Shown here: piece by piece, positions 1 through 18,905 of the stretch
How positions within the stretch are numbered: the stretch's first letter is position 1
Layout of the letters: the number at the start of each line of letters is the position of its first letter
Assembly (NCBI RefSeq): GCF_021028975.2
Contig: NC_059430.1
Span: 89,218,001-89,282,000 of the forward strand
From: Sphaerodactylus townsendi
Taxonomy: Eukaryota
Length of the DNA: 64,000 bases
Direction: 5' to 3'
Translations under genes and position numbers: made by a program
The notes under the pieces: model-generated
The model's input: the letters and a program-made list of their open reading frames with translations, nothing else
The model's database searches: none
What the model was told of the DNA's origin: nothing

Positions 1-332
1 GAAACCACATTTTTGTGCATCTGAATGCAGAACATTGTCTTTCTTCCCTTGCAAGGATTTCCAACTGTTCCAAACTTAGCTGCACTGAAGGTTTGCAAAA
101 CTTTCCAGCAAATGTTGCTGCATTCAGCCAATTAGTTTGCAGAAGGGATGTGAAAGGGTTGCAACTGGAATCCCCTCCTTCATGCAACTGCCAAACAGAA
201 TCCATGTGCTTCAAATTCACATAGCAACATCTCTTGAACTTACATCACATAACAAAACAGTTATATGGGGATCAAACCCCAACACTGCTCACGTCCATTG
301 CAAGCAATTTATATTTGCAATCTCACTTCCAA

Positions 333-353
333 GCCCCAGCTGGTTGGGCGCCA
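333..353 (-). promoter_or_regulatory. Primer-binding site, tRNA-Lys(CUU)/Lys1,2-like
   Basis: minus strand TGGCGCCCAACCAGCTGGGGC versus canonical TGGCGCCCAACGTGGGGC; first 11 nt identical. Confidence 0.75.
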
Positions 354-355
354 TT

Positions 356-916
356 TGTAACCCTCAGCTTGTGGGTTCTGTGGGGCAGTACTTTGGAATG
401 AGTTGCTGCAACAACTGAATTTTTAAAACAACAATATGGTTTACTTTTCTTTACAATTAACACTTTTAAAACATCAACATTTAACGTTACAATTCAAGGT
501 CCTGTTCAGGTTGCATTTCAAGTCCTTCTATTTACAGTCTACTGATATTGCCAAGTCCAAATTCTTCTTTGCAAGTTGGCTGGCTCCTGAAGACTCCAAG
601 GGCTTGATGAACAGGTTGCAACATGATGAAGGTCTCCAGGAGAACTCTCACCCATTACAACCACAAAAGAAAACCCTGAAACAATAAACTCCAACATTTA
701 CAACATAGCAAAAACAACAACTACCTTCCCAGTAGTTTCCAACAATATTGCAATTACCTTAACAAGGTGTTAAGGGCTTATAGAAATCAAGGTCCGAGTC
801 TGGTAGCCTTGTTCTTCTGCAAAAGATCTCTTTCAGCGTCTCTGCTGCTCCGAGTCTCCACCCCCTTACTGGGTCAACCCATTCTGAGCCAACCCATTCT
901 GGGCATGGGGGTTACA
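356..916 (-). mobile_element. 5' LTR (561 bp) of an LTR retroelement antisense to CD36; internal region runs off the left edge
   Basis: TGTAACCC...GGGTTACA terminal inverted ends (TG..CA); primer-binding site follows 2 nt after the LTR on the minus strand; AGTAAA poly(A)-like signal near 439-444 (minus). Confidence 0.8.
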
Positions 917-1790
917 CTTACAGTGACTAATGAACAAATTAAAATGACATTGAAACAACAAGAGTGATAACAAATCAAAAGTCTGTAGATCTGGAATCAG
1001 TCTGCTTCCATTAGAAAAGCTGTCATCCTCCCATGATGTTCACCCAAAGGATTAGAATTTTGAGCACAGAAGATGCATGGTTAGGCTAGGATATGCACAG
1101 ATGTTCCAGCTTGCCATTTGCACAATCCCAGGGTTGTGAAAATTACTTATCATCTTTGGGGATAAATGTCTAAAATGAGTGATGATTCTTTTGGCAAAGC
1201 TAAGAGCATTTACAGAAACAGGAGGGGTACATGTTTCCTTAATTATTGCATTTGAATTGGTTTCTCTCTGTTTCCCATATTTGGAGGTAGTTCTGCATAT
1301 CCTGGATAGATGGAATGAAAATTTCAATGATTGCTACACCAACAAGCATTTTTTTTAAAAAAAGAAGCAATCTTGCTGTGGCTCACAGTGGCATACAGTG
1401 CCATCCCATCTTTGCTGTGGACTCTGTGTGATCTTGTGTAAATTACTGAACTGGCTTCAATTCCTTAAATCGATAGTTTTATAACTACACTGTTTTCCAA
1501 ATTGAAACAGTTGTAAGAAAAGGATTTTCCATTGCCAAGAGAGATTCCATGAGTATGTAGCAAGAGTGGAGGCATTATTTAGGGTGTGCTCTATACCAGT
1601 TCTTAATCCTAGCTTCTAAAATGAATCTGTGGGTGTGCTAGTGGAATTACCAGGATACTATTTTATTGTATGTAAGTTCCTGTCAGTCTGATTTTGGTTG
1701 GGAAAGGTGGGGTATAAATCTAATTGTTGTTATTATTTGAAATGACCTGACAGTAGTCAAATGCGTATCAACTGGCTGTTACATGGTTAA

Positions 1791-10160
<8,370 letters not shown>

Positions 10161-11401
10161 GTAAGCATCTGTTTGCTAGATCTCCATAGCACTTCTCACA
10201 GGGAAAGTGATTTTCAGTCATTGTTCTGTGGTAAACGCAGTTGTTATGGCAGCTTTGCTTCTGTTTTAAAGATGAGGAAATTGAAGCCAGGAGAAGATTG
10301 TCTAGTGCTGCCGTAATATCTGACATTGCAAATCACTTAATTCGGCTGCCTTGCGGAAAACTGACTAACCTCCCTGCAGACAGCAGTTTGAATTCATTTA
10401 TTTGCTCATTACATTGATAAACTTAGAAACTGCTTAGAGTGGCATTTAAGCCTTCTGTCCATCCTGTGGATTACCTTAAATGGGGACAGCCAAGGCACAG
10501 TTAAGCAGTCGTCTGTGCAGAGACCTGACAGCTTCTTCATGCATTTCTTGATGACCCATGGGTGCATGCCAATAGACCTGAAGTGTGAATTCAAAAAAGA
10601 AATTGCCAATTTGTGTCAAGCTAGTGATTCATCAGGGAACAAGGCTTCCTGTTGTACATGTGCTCAGTTGCCAACTTAAGCAATGTGCAGGACCACCCTG
10701 AGGCTTTTGAGAAGCCTAGCTTGGGCACCAAGTCCCCCCGCCCCCGCAACTGCTGGTAGGAAGAATGAGGGAAGGAACAGCTTCCCTGCTAGCCAACCCA
10801 CTGAAAGCACCTGCTGCAGCTGTCACTTGCTGCAGCAAATCTTGAACTCTGGAACTCTGGCACTCTGGCACTCAAGGCAATCACCCGGATGTGTCTAGTG
10901 GATGGGCAGGTCCTTGCCAGTGTCACTCTAGCATGAACCTGGCTAGATCAGAGCATTGGTTGGTTCATGTAGTCCAGAAATCCTTCTTTAAACAGCAGCC
11001 CAGCCAGTTGCCCTGGAGGGCCAACAAATAGCACAGAGGCTGAGGCCGTCCCCGGAGTGAGTTGCCTGCTAGCTCTGAGTTTCTCCCCTCTTTCCCACCC
11101 TGCCATTCCTCCTCTCTCCCTGAGCCTTGCTTACCTCACATTGTTGCCTTGAACCAGAAAGAATGGGGTGCAGTTAAGACATATCTTTCAAAGATGGTGT
11201 GCTGTAAGACTGGTGTCTGAACCTGCTTCTTAGCCAGATCCTTCCAGCTACTGACACATGTGTCACAACTGCCCTAGCCCAAGACCTTGGATTATTGTTT
11301 CAGGAATAAGTATACCAATTAAGATACCAACCTTTTTGGACAGACATGCTGATTTGCAACTTGGATTAATTCACTGATTTTGTTTTCATCTGCATTTCCA
11401 G

Positions 11402-11847
11402 GTCTCTCACTGCTACATCTGTAGGTGAAAACTTCATTAACAAGGGGGAGAGGACATAACTTCCAGATGACCCCTCTGACAGCATTGCCGAACTGTTGTT
11501 TGAGAAATGCAAATACCTTATGGTAAAGCATAGACAATTACTGCATCTTGGAAATAAGGAATCAACTGCTGTTCATGAGAACTGTTCCAAGGCTGTGAAA
11601 ATGTGAATTCATGGATTAGCATTATGCTGGAGATCTAGATCTAATCTACACCAAACCTGCCTCTGTTTTATCACTTCCTTATTTCTTTCCTTGGAAACAG
11701 AAGCAAAATGGGCTTGTGTTCACTGGTCTCAAATCTGTGTGCAATCTTATTTTCCCTCTTCAGTCGTCCTGTGAAAAAAGAAACTGTTGACGAACTATAG
11801 CAAAGAAATTTACAATAAAATAGTTTTTGGAAAGTAATTCTATTAAA
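11402..11847 (+). other. CD36: Probable non-coding terminal (3'-UTR) exon of CD36
   Basis: Donor gtaagc directly follows the stop codon; acceptor ttttgttttcatctgcatttccag at 11378-11401; AATAAA at 11814-11819 and ATTAAA at 11842-11847, followed by GT/T-rich sequence. Confidence 0.55.
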
Positions 11848-12678
11848 AGAGGCATTGTCTGTTTTGTTTCTCAGCCTCCTGTTTTCAAGCCCACACACCC
11901 CACTTCTACCCTACCCATGGCAACTGCTTGACTTCAGAACACTTGCTTTAAAATACCTCTCTGACAGTGTTCTACCTGTCCCAGCTCAGCTGCTGGGCTG
12001 ATGCTTGAGAATGACACTGCTCCTCCTCCCTGAGTAATGGGGCAGCTGTGTGGGGATAGGTTCCACACTCAGGACATGCTTTGCTCTGAGTGGAGTATGG
12101 GGATGCTGTGCTCTTAAAAGAAAAGAGTTAAGAGGAAATGAAGACAGATGCCCCCAGTCCCATAATCATCTCTCTGTGGAGATCAGGGAAGCCTGCGGGT
12201 GAGAGGGGGAGAAAATTATTCTGGAAGAACTCTTTGCTGCTTGCCACAAGGCTTAGAAGGAGCCGCGCTCCTTCAAAACAGGCTTTGGGGGGGAGTTCTT
12301 CAGAATTTGCTCTGTCTCTTGATTCTCCAAGGGTGCGGTGCTTGGTCAAAACATTAAGTGGCACCGAAGTATTCATCTCTGTATGCCGTCTCATCCACTC
12401 TCTGCCCTTCACCATCTCACAAGCATCCCATCATATATTTTATTGCACTTTTTAAAGAATATCATGCTTACTGTGTTGGTGGCCGTTACAACAGCTGTAA
12501 CCCATGGGTCTGCATTACTATTCCCATGCAGAGGGAAAACAATGGTTTGCCTCTAAAGCCTCTAAATTCAAACTGAGATTTTTTAACCGAGTGCTGTCAT
12601 AACAGGTTCTGCTCATCTTTAACTCAGGTTCATTGCCCTGAGAGCCCTGTCTGATGTTTGTGTAGCTTTAGACAAGAA

Positions 12679-12691
12679 CCACTAGGTGGCA
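12679..12691 (+). promoter_or_regulatory. Candidate CTCF-binding motif
   Basis: CCACTAGGTGGCA fits the CTCF core in apparently unique DNA just 3' of CD36. Confidence 0.4.
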
Positions 12692-14484
12692 ATGCTGTAT
12701 TGGAAGCCAAGTGTTTTGGATCAAATTTATTTAGGAAAGGGATAATCCTTCTTCAAAATGTGAACTAGTGGTAAGCAAAAATGCCTATATGAATGAGCAG
12801 ATTCTCTAGGAAGCCAAAGAAACTGGATTATAAATATAAAATTGCAGTCTTCCTAATTCAGATACAGTCTGTCTTTAGCCTAAGGTATTAGATACCATTG
12901 CAACAGTGTCTTTGCAGGTGGATGGACCTGTTTCCAAGATACTCTGCCAAAATTCAAGACTCATTGCTTATTTCCCTAGAACTTCTGTTGTAACAGTGAC
13001 TGTCCCTGTTCCTTGTTTTGTAGTTGCCTCATAGCCTGACTAGCCCTTTCTTGTGCTTGAAATTACGTTTCTTTAAAACAGTGGACATATTTTGAAATCA
13101 GAATTTGTTGAAAAATTAACATTTGCTCTAATGGGATTTTCTGGTTTTGGCAGTGAACCAAAATTTTGCAATTTGCTACCAGTCTGATTTTTGAAATCTT
13201 AGCTTCATAAGAATTTCAAACTTTGACATGCTTAGCAGAGGGGACATATTTTATATTTATGTTTCTTAATACATGATGTGATCTCACCTCATGGGTCAGA
13301 AATGACCCAGTGCTTGGACAGAGAGCTACCTTTACCTAATACAGTTCTGAACCTGTTTAAAAACTGCTCACAATACTATTTTCAGAAAGCATAGAGGAGT
13401 TTAAATTCACCAGTGTCCTGAAACTTCTACATTCTTCTTAATTTTTCAGAAGTTTGCCAGGAAAACCTGACACAATGTTTGTTGATACACATGGATGTGT
13501 GTGTCAGCAGTGGGTGGTGGAATTGCACTGGCTTTGAGTAATTATAAAGCTCATATTTACTGCCCAGTCTGTAATTAACTAAGCCAAAGATTTATATGTC
13601 AGCTGAGTTCTTCTCAAGGAAGTCATCGAGACTAGCTGCTTACTCTTACAATGTCCATTTCAGACAGAACTGCAAATGCTGGATCAGTTGCTTATTGTGA
13701 TAATCTAAGTGTCAGCAACTTCTTTACAGGTGCTGCCTGGAAATACAGTCAGTTGGCTGTGCTTTGTGCTGTGCTCTTCCCCAAACTACTGAATGTCCTT
13801 CCCATTTCTGTGCAGTAGGTATAATTGCACGATCTCTTGGGAAACCAATTACCACTGATATTGTTGTGTAGAACTGTTATAATTCTTGATTTGGGAACTA
13901 GATGCATAGTTACAAATAGATGCTTTTCATTCCTGAATATGAAAATTGCATTGCAAGCCAAGCGTCATCCTGCTGGAGGCTGTTGTTTTTAAATCATAGG
14001 TTCTTGCAGACTCAGAGGTGATGCCTCCTGAGGTTAGAGCAGGGCAAATGACAAATGGGGCAAATACCATCATCTGCTTCACTAAGGTGGCCTGGCAGAA
14101 AGTCAAGAGATGATGTTCACTTTATGTTTGGAAAAAGCAGTAGGCACTATGGTGCTATGAGCACCATATCCTTAACAATCTGCTCCAAAATCGATTTCAT
14201 TTAATTTCAGTCCTTTAAAACATTCTCTTGATGTTGATTAACATGTTTGTCTCAATTATATTTCTCTTTTTTATCATAATGGGAAACACACTTTTTCAAA
14301 AGCAACTACTGCTCCATTCCATTGGTTGAGATTCTCAGGGATTGGATCTTGCCCCTGACGAATCCTCCCTGCTAAATTTCATACAGTAGAAGAAAGCACA
14401 CTTATTGCACAGTCAATTATTTTAAAAAATACAAACAGAGCAAAGGCAAACAATCAAAAACCCAAAAAGACCTATAAGGGTCTA

Positions 14485-14778
14485 GGGGGAGAGCCATTGT
14501 GGTGTAATGGTCAAGAGCGGTGGACTCTAATGTGGAGAACTGTGTTTGATTCCCTACTCCATTGCATGAGCAGTGGAGTCTTATCTGGTGAACTGAATTT
14601 GTTTTCCTGGTCCTCCACATGAAGCCTGCTGGGTAACCTTGGGCTACTCACAGTTCTTCAGAATTCTCAACCCCACCTACTTTACAAGGTGTTGGTTGTG
14701 AGGAAAGGAGTTTGTAAGCTGCCTTGAGTCTCCTTACAGGAGGGAAAAGCAAAGTATAAATCCCAACTTCTCTTCTTG
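14485..14778 (+). mobile_element. Squam3-like SINE
   Basis: tRNA head (TGGTGTAATGGTCAAGAGC...GTTTGATTCCC), L2-like tail, CTT-rich end. Confidence 0.8.
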
Positions 14779-16396
14779 TTGGAGTTTCCCTATTCCAGTT
14801 AAAGAAGAACAAGGATTATGGGTGTGGATTCAAGGCAGGAGAAATATACACAAGAGCTTTGGTTTCTTAATTCACCTATTAGCTTCAGGCACAGACATAA
14901 TAAGTTTCAGTTAACTTAGATGTTAATTTAGATGGTACAGTTAAGATGTTTCTATTGTTCCTGACTAATGGATTGTTACAAAGGGTTCTGACAGGCTGAT
15001 ATTTTACACAGTACCCTCACAAACAGCCTTTTGTCAGTCAGAAACCCTAAACTCTCTTGAGGAAAACAAAGCAAAACTCAATACATTCAACTAACTGGTC
15101 CTAAGAATTCTTCTTCTCTCTTAGAAGTTCAATTACTTCCTGGTTTATTTATGATGGCCCCCTGTTGAAAGATTCTGGTCTCTCACCTCAGCTATGGCCT
15201 CCCAATAAACAACTACCAGTTTTCTTGTCAGGGTATAATTTTGCTATCAGCTCAGGCTGAGACCAATAGAACCAGTCAGATTTGCACACGTTGACTGAAC
15301 TACTCTCCAAAAGCCTCTCAAGTTTCTCTTCTAAGAGAGATATCCTCCTCCCTCTTTGTGTCATCAAGTTGTTACACCAATCAGAGTGCAAGATTGTGCA
15401 TCTGATCAGGTGGCTTCCATGTTCCTAAGGCCTTTATCCTCATTCTGAATATAATCAACTCTGGCTATCGACTGCACTTTTAAAACTTTTCCTGTGCAGT
15501 CTATCACAGCTTGCATTTAATCTGGTAAGAAAAGAGCTCTTTCTGGTCACAGCTTTCTGGTCCACCTATTTACATGTTACTCCTTAATATGTTGCCCCCT
15601 CCCATATTCTTCCTGTATGTTTCATTATACTACAGTTTGTTGTCAGAGTAGGAGGAGGAGTGAATATGTACTAGCCTATTAAGCATGCTCAATACATACA
15701 GTCTGATACAAGCCTTGCTGTTCAGCCTAGTAATCGCTTGGTCTTACCTTGTCCTGATACACATCCTCCCTTATGACTCATCTCCTCATTCCTAGTAGAC
15801 AACACATTTTTCATTTATCACACCATTGTTCTGCATGCCATTTCTAAAGGGCACTGAAGATCATATCTTCTTCAGTTGTGCTGGCACGGTGATCAGCAAC
15901 CCACCATGGGACATTTAGCAACCTTCATAGAAACTGAAGGAGTGATCAGTCAATCGTTTCACTGACTGATTTTATCCAAATGGCTGCCCAAAAAAGAACA
16001 ATCTGAATAAAGATTGAATTAAAAACTTGAAGATTAGCAGAAATATATTTCCCACCTTTAAATAAAAGAAATTCACAATAGGCTTAATATTATTACAAAC
16101 CACCTTTTGATGGGAATTCCAATTCAAGTTATATGAAAAACAAATGCCAAGATAAAGGAAACCTGTTCAACTTCAATACCCGCAACAGCCATCAAAAAGA
16201 GGTCAGTTTTCTCTTCTTAGGAAAGATCATAATTTTAGAAACACGATGGCTCATTAACAGACCTTTCCTAGAACAGTACTCAGAGAAAAGTTTTAATTGC
16301 AAAATTTTGCAAAAGTTTGCAATCCCACCCTTGTACAAGACAAGAGAAGTGCATCATCCAGGAACAACAAGATTGGAATGTTACAGCTTGGTCTGA

Positions 16397-16541
16397 AGTA
16401 GAAGTTAGAGTCCAGTAGCACCTTAGAGATCAACAAGATTTTCAGGGTAGAAGATCAGATGAACAGAGCTCTTTGATTCTCAAAAGCTTATACTCTCAAG
16501 ATCTTGTTGGTCTCTAGGGTGCTGCTGGACTTGAATCTTGC
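16397..16541. mobile_element. Penelope-like-element-derived palindrome
   Basis: 30-bp inverted arms at 16410-16439 and 16501-16530 (27/30); spacer holds a degenerate hammerhead-like core CAGATGAA...CTCAAAAGC. Confidence 0.6.
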
Positions 16542-18012
16542 TTTTTTATTGCTGTTTAAATCTCCTGAATCAAAAAGGCTTAAGGTCACACATTCAGTAA
16601 AATATGAAAGCATCTGCCACCAGAGAGTCATGAATACTTTTTTTGTGTTTGGTTTTATAAAATGCCCCAACTTTAGCATCTGGAGGAGCAGGAGTCCAAA
16701 ATAAATTGAACACTTCACATCTTGTTTAGCTCTGGCGTGGTCATTTGATTCCTGAGAAATGAACACATTCTGCATGTATAGGACAAACTCTTAACCCTGT
16801 GAACTGCTGTCAAGCAAACACCAGCTGCAGGGTGGGTTAAGCCAATAGAAGGATGGGTAAAACCAAAATCCTGTGTTCACAGCTGCATTAACACTTGGTT
16901 TCAGGAATGCCTCTGAAACACAGCAAAGCTGACCTGTAGGAAAGGAATGGAAGGCTTTGGGTCTTAAGAAGAGAATGTGTCCTGAATTCATGACAAGCTC
17001 ACTTAAAGCTTCCTGCACACAACATTTCTTTTTGTGCTTAGTGCCCCAATGAATATTGCCCCAATGAATGTTGAATCCATCTTGCTGCTCATATCCCAAT
17101 GGTTTTCAAGGAACAAATAAAATGTCAGGCAGAATGTTTCATTATACTTTATGTGCTGTATAGTTTCTGGTATGTGAGACCCATGCAGTTCACTTTGGTC
17201 ACTGGCTTAGGCAAGTGAATTATGGAAAATATCAGGATGTGCTGCATCTTATTATCTGACTGCCAAATGCAGCAACATGCCAGTGGTGGTGATTTCCCAA
17301 CTGATGTGGTTGGCTCAGTTATGGAGGTAATCCCATAGAGTGGAGGAGATTTCTGCCCTGATTGGGCAAATGGCCTGTTTGTAGTGTGGGAGAATACTGA
17401 ACCTATTAATGAGTTCTTTCCAACCATGCCCTTTTTATCTAGGTGAGTTGGCAAATTGAATTGATTAGATATGAAGCATGAGAGGGTTATTAAGGGAAAA
17501 AGCAGCAAACATATACTCATGAGCAAGTGACCATCGTAATAGGTCTTTCCCCCTTTGAGGCAGAGTAATGTGGCAGGTTTAGTCCTTGTTGGAGGAGAAT
17601 TAGTTATTTGTTGTTCAGCTTTATTGCCAGGAGAGCATCCGGTCTTATAATTTAAGGGGGTAAGATCCCTTATATTAATATGTACCTTTTGGGAACTCAC
17701 TATAGCGGGTTTCTTCCTTCATACTTTCATGGCATATCTTCTCAAAATATTATTGTAAGGAATTTAGTGATGAGAACATCTGTATAGTTATCCCTGGTAT
17801 TGCCAATTGGGTGGACAGTGAGTAACTGGCTATCCCAAAAATCTGCTACTTATACGCTCATGGAGTTAGTTTATTATTAAAAATTCATGAGCCAAAGAAC
17901 TTCTGAATAGTAAGAAATATGGCCATCATCATGGTGTTGGGATCCTCAAACCAGCTGTCAGAAGCCCCAAGATTATGCTGAAGAATGTTGAACTTGGCCT
18001 CTTGGAGTTAAA

Positions 18013-18550
18013 GGCCCTTTCTGCATGGGCCCTGAGTAGGGGTGCATCGGCATAAATGATGCCGATGCACCTACCCAGGACCGTTCGCATGGACAGTCCC
18101 GGTAGGGGCGCAGGTGACAGTGCAGCCTTTGCACAGGCTGCGTTGTCCCCGAATGCCTTACCTTCGTCTCCTGGCTTCTGGCATGTCGCAGAGGCCAGGG
18201 GACACACACACCCTAGCCTGTGTGACGGCTCTGGAGTCGCAGGCCAAGGCAGGGTGTCCCCTGACCTCTCCAATGTGCCAGAAGCCAGGAGACAAAGGTA
18301 AGACATTCAGGGAAGGCTGGGAGGAATGGCGCCTTCCACCCACTGCCATTCGCATGGCAGCAGGTGGAAGGTGCCACTGATGAAAAACCTCGCTCCTGGA
18401 GTGAGGTTCAACAGTGGCGTCTTCACGCCGCTTGGGCATTCTGAGCACGGCATTGCTGCATTGCAGCAGTGCCTGCTGTGCGAACGCCAGCCCAGGGATG
18501 GCGTTTTTAGCGTCCCTGGGGCACTGTTATCTGCCCGTGCAGAAACAGCC
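18013..18550. mobile_element. PIF/Harbinger-like MITE, hairpin-rich family
   Basis: TIRs GGCCCTTTCTGCATGGG / CCCGTGCAGAAACAGCC; 3-bp TSD AAA; homologous to 26615, 33700 and 51643 copies. Confidence 0.8.
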
Positions 18551-18710
18551 AAAGATTTGACCAGTAAGGACTTTATTCAAGTTAAAGCTGCCTAATCATG
18601 TGATCAGGAGCTCAGATGTGGCAACGGTCAGAGAAAGATCATATTAGCAGCTGTGCTTATAAGAACATTAAAGTGGTGTTTAGTTTTGTACAATTCAAGA
18701 CATAAAAATA

Positions 18711-18905
18711 TCAGTGTGGTATAAAGTCTGAATCTGGGAGTCTTGAATCACCACTCTGCTATGGAAACTTGTTGAATAAGCTTGAGCTAGTCACATTCTG
18801 CCATTTGAATGTACCACACAGGGTTGTTGAGAAGATAAAATGGAACAGATAATGATGTAAGCTACTTTGGGTCCCTACTGGAGAGCAAAGTGGGGTATAA
18901 ATAAA
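18711..18905 (+). mobile_element. Squam3-like SINE, decayed
   Basis: CTAGTCACA...CACAGGGTTGTTG core and GGGGTATAAATAAA tail. Confidence 0.55.

Noticed and set aside
15186-15521. Apparent minus-strand exon with acceptor- and donor-like ends
   Set aside because: The frames I translated stop early and show no recognisable homology.
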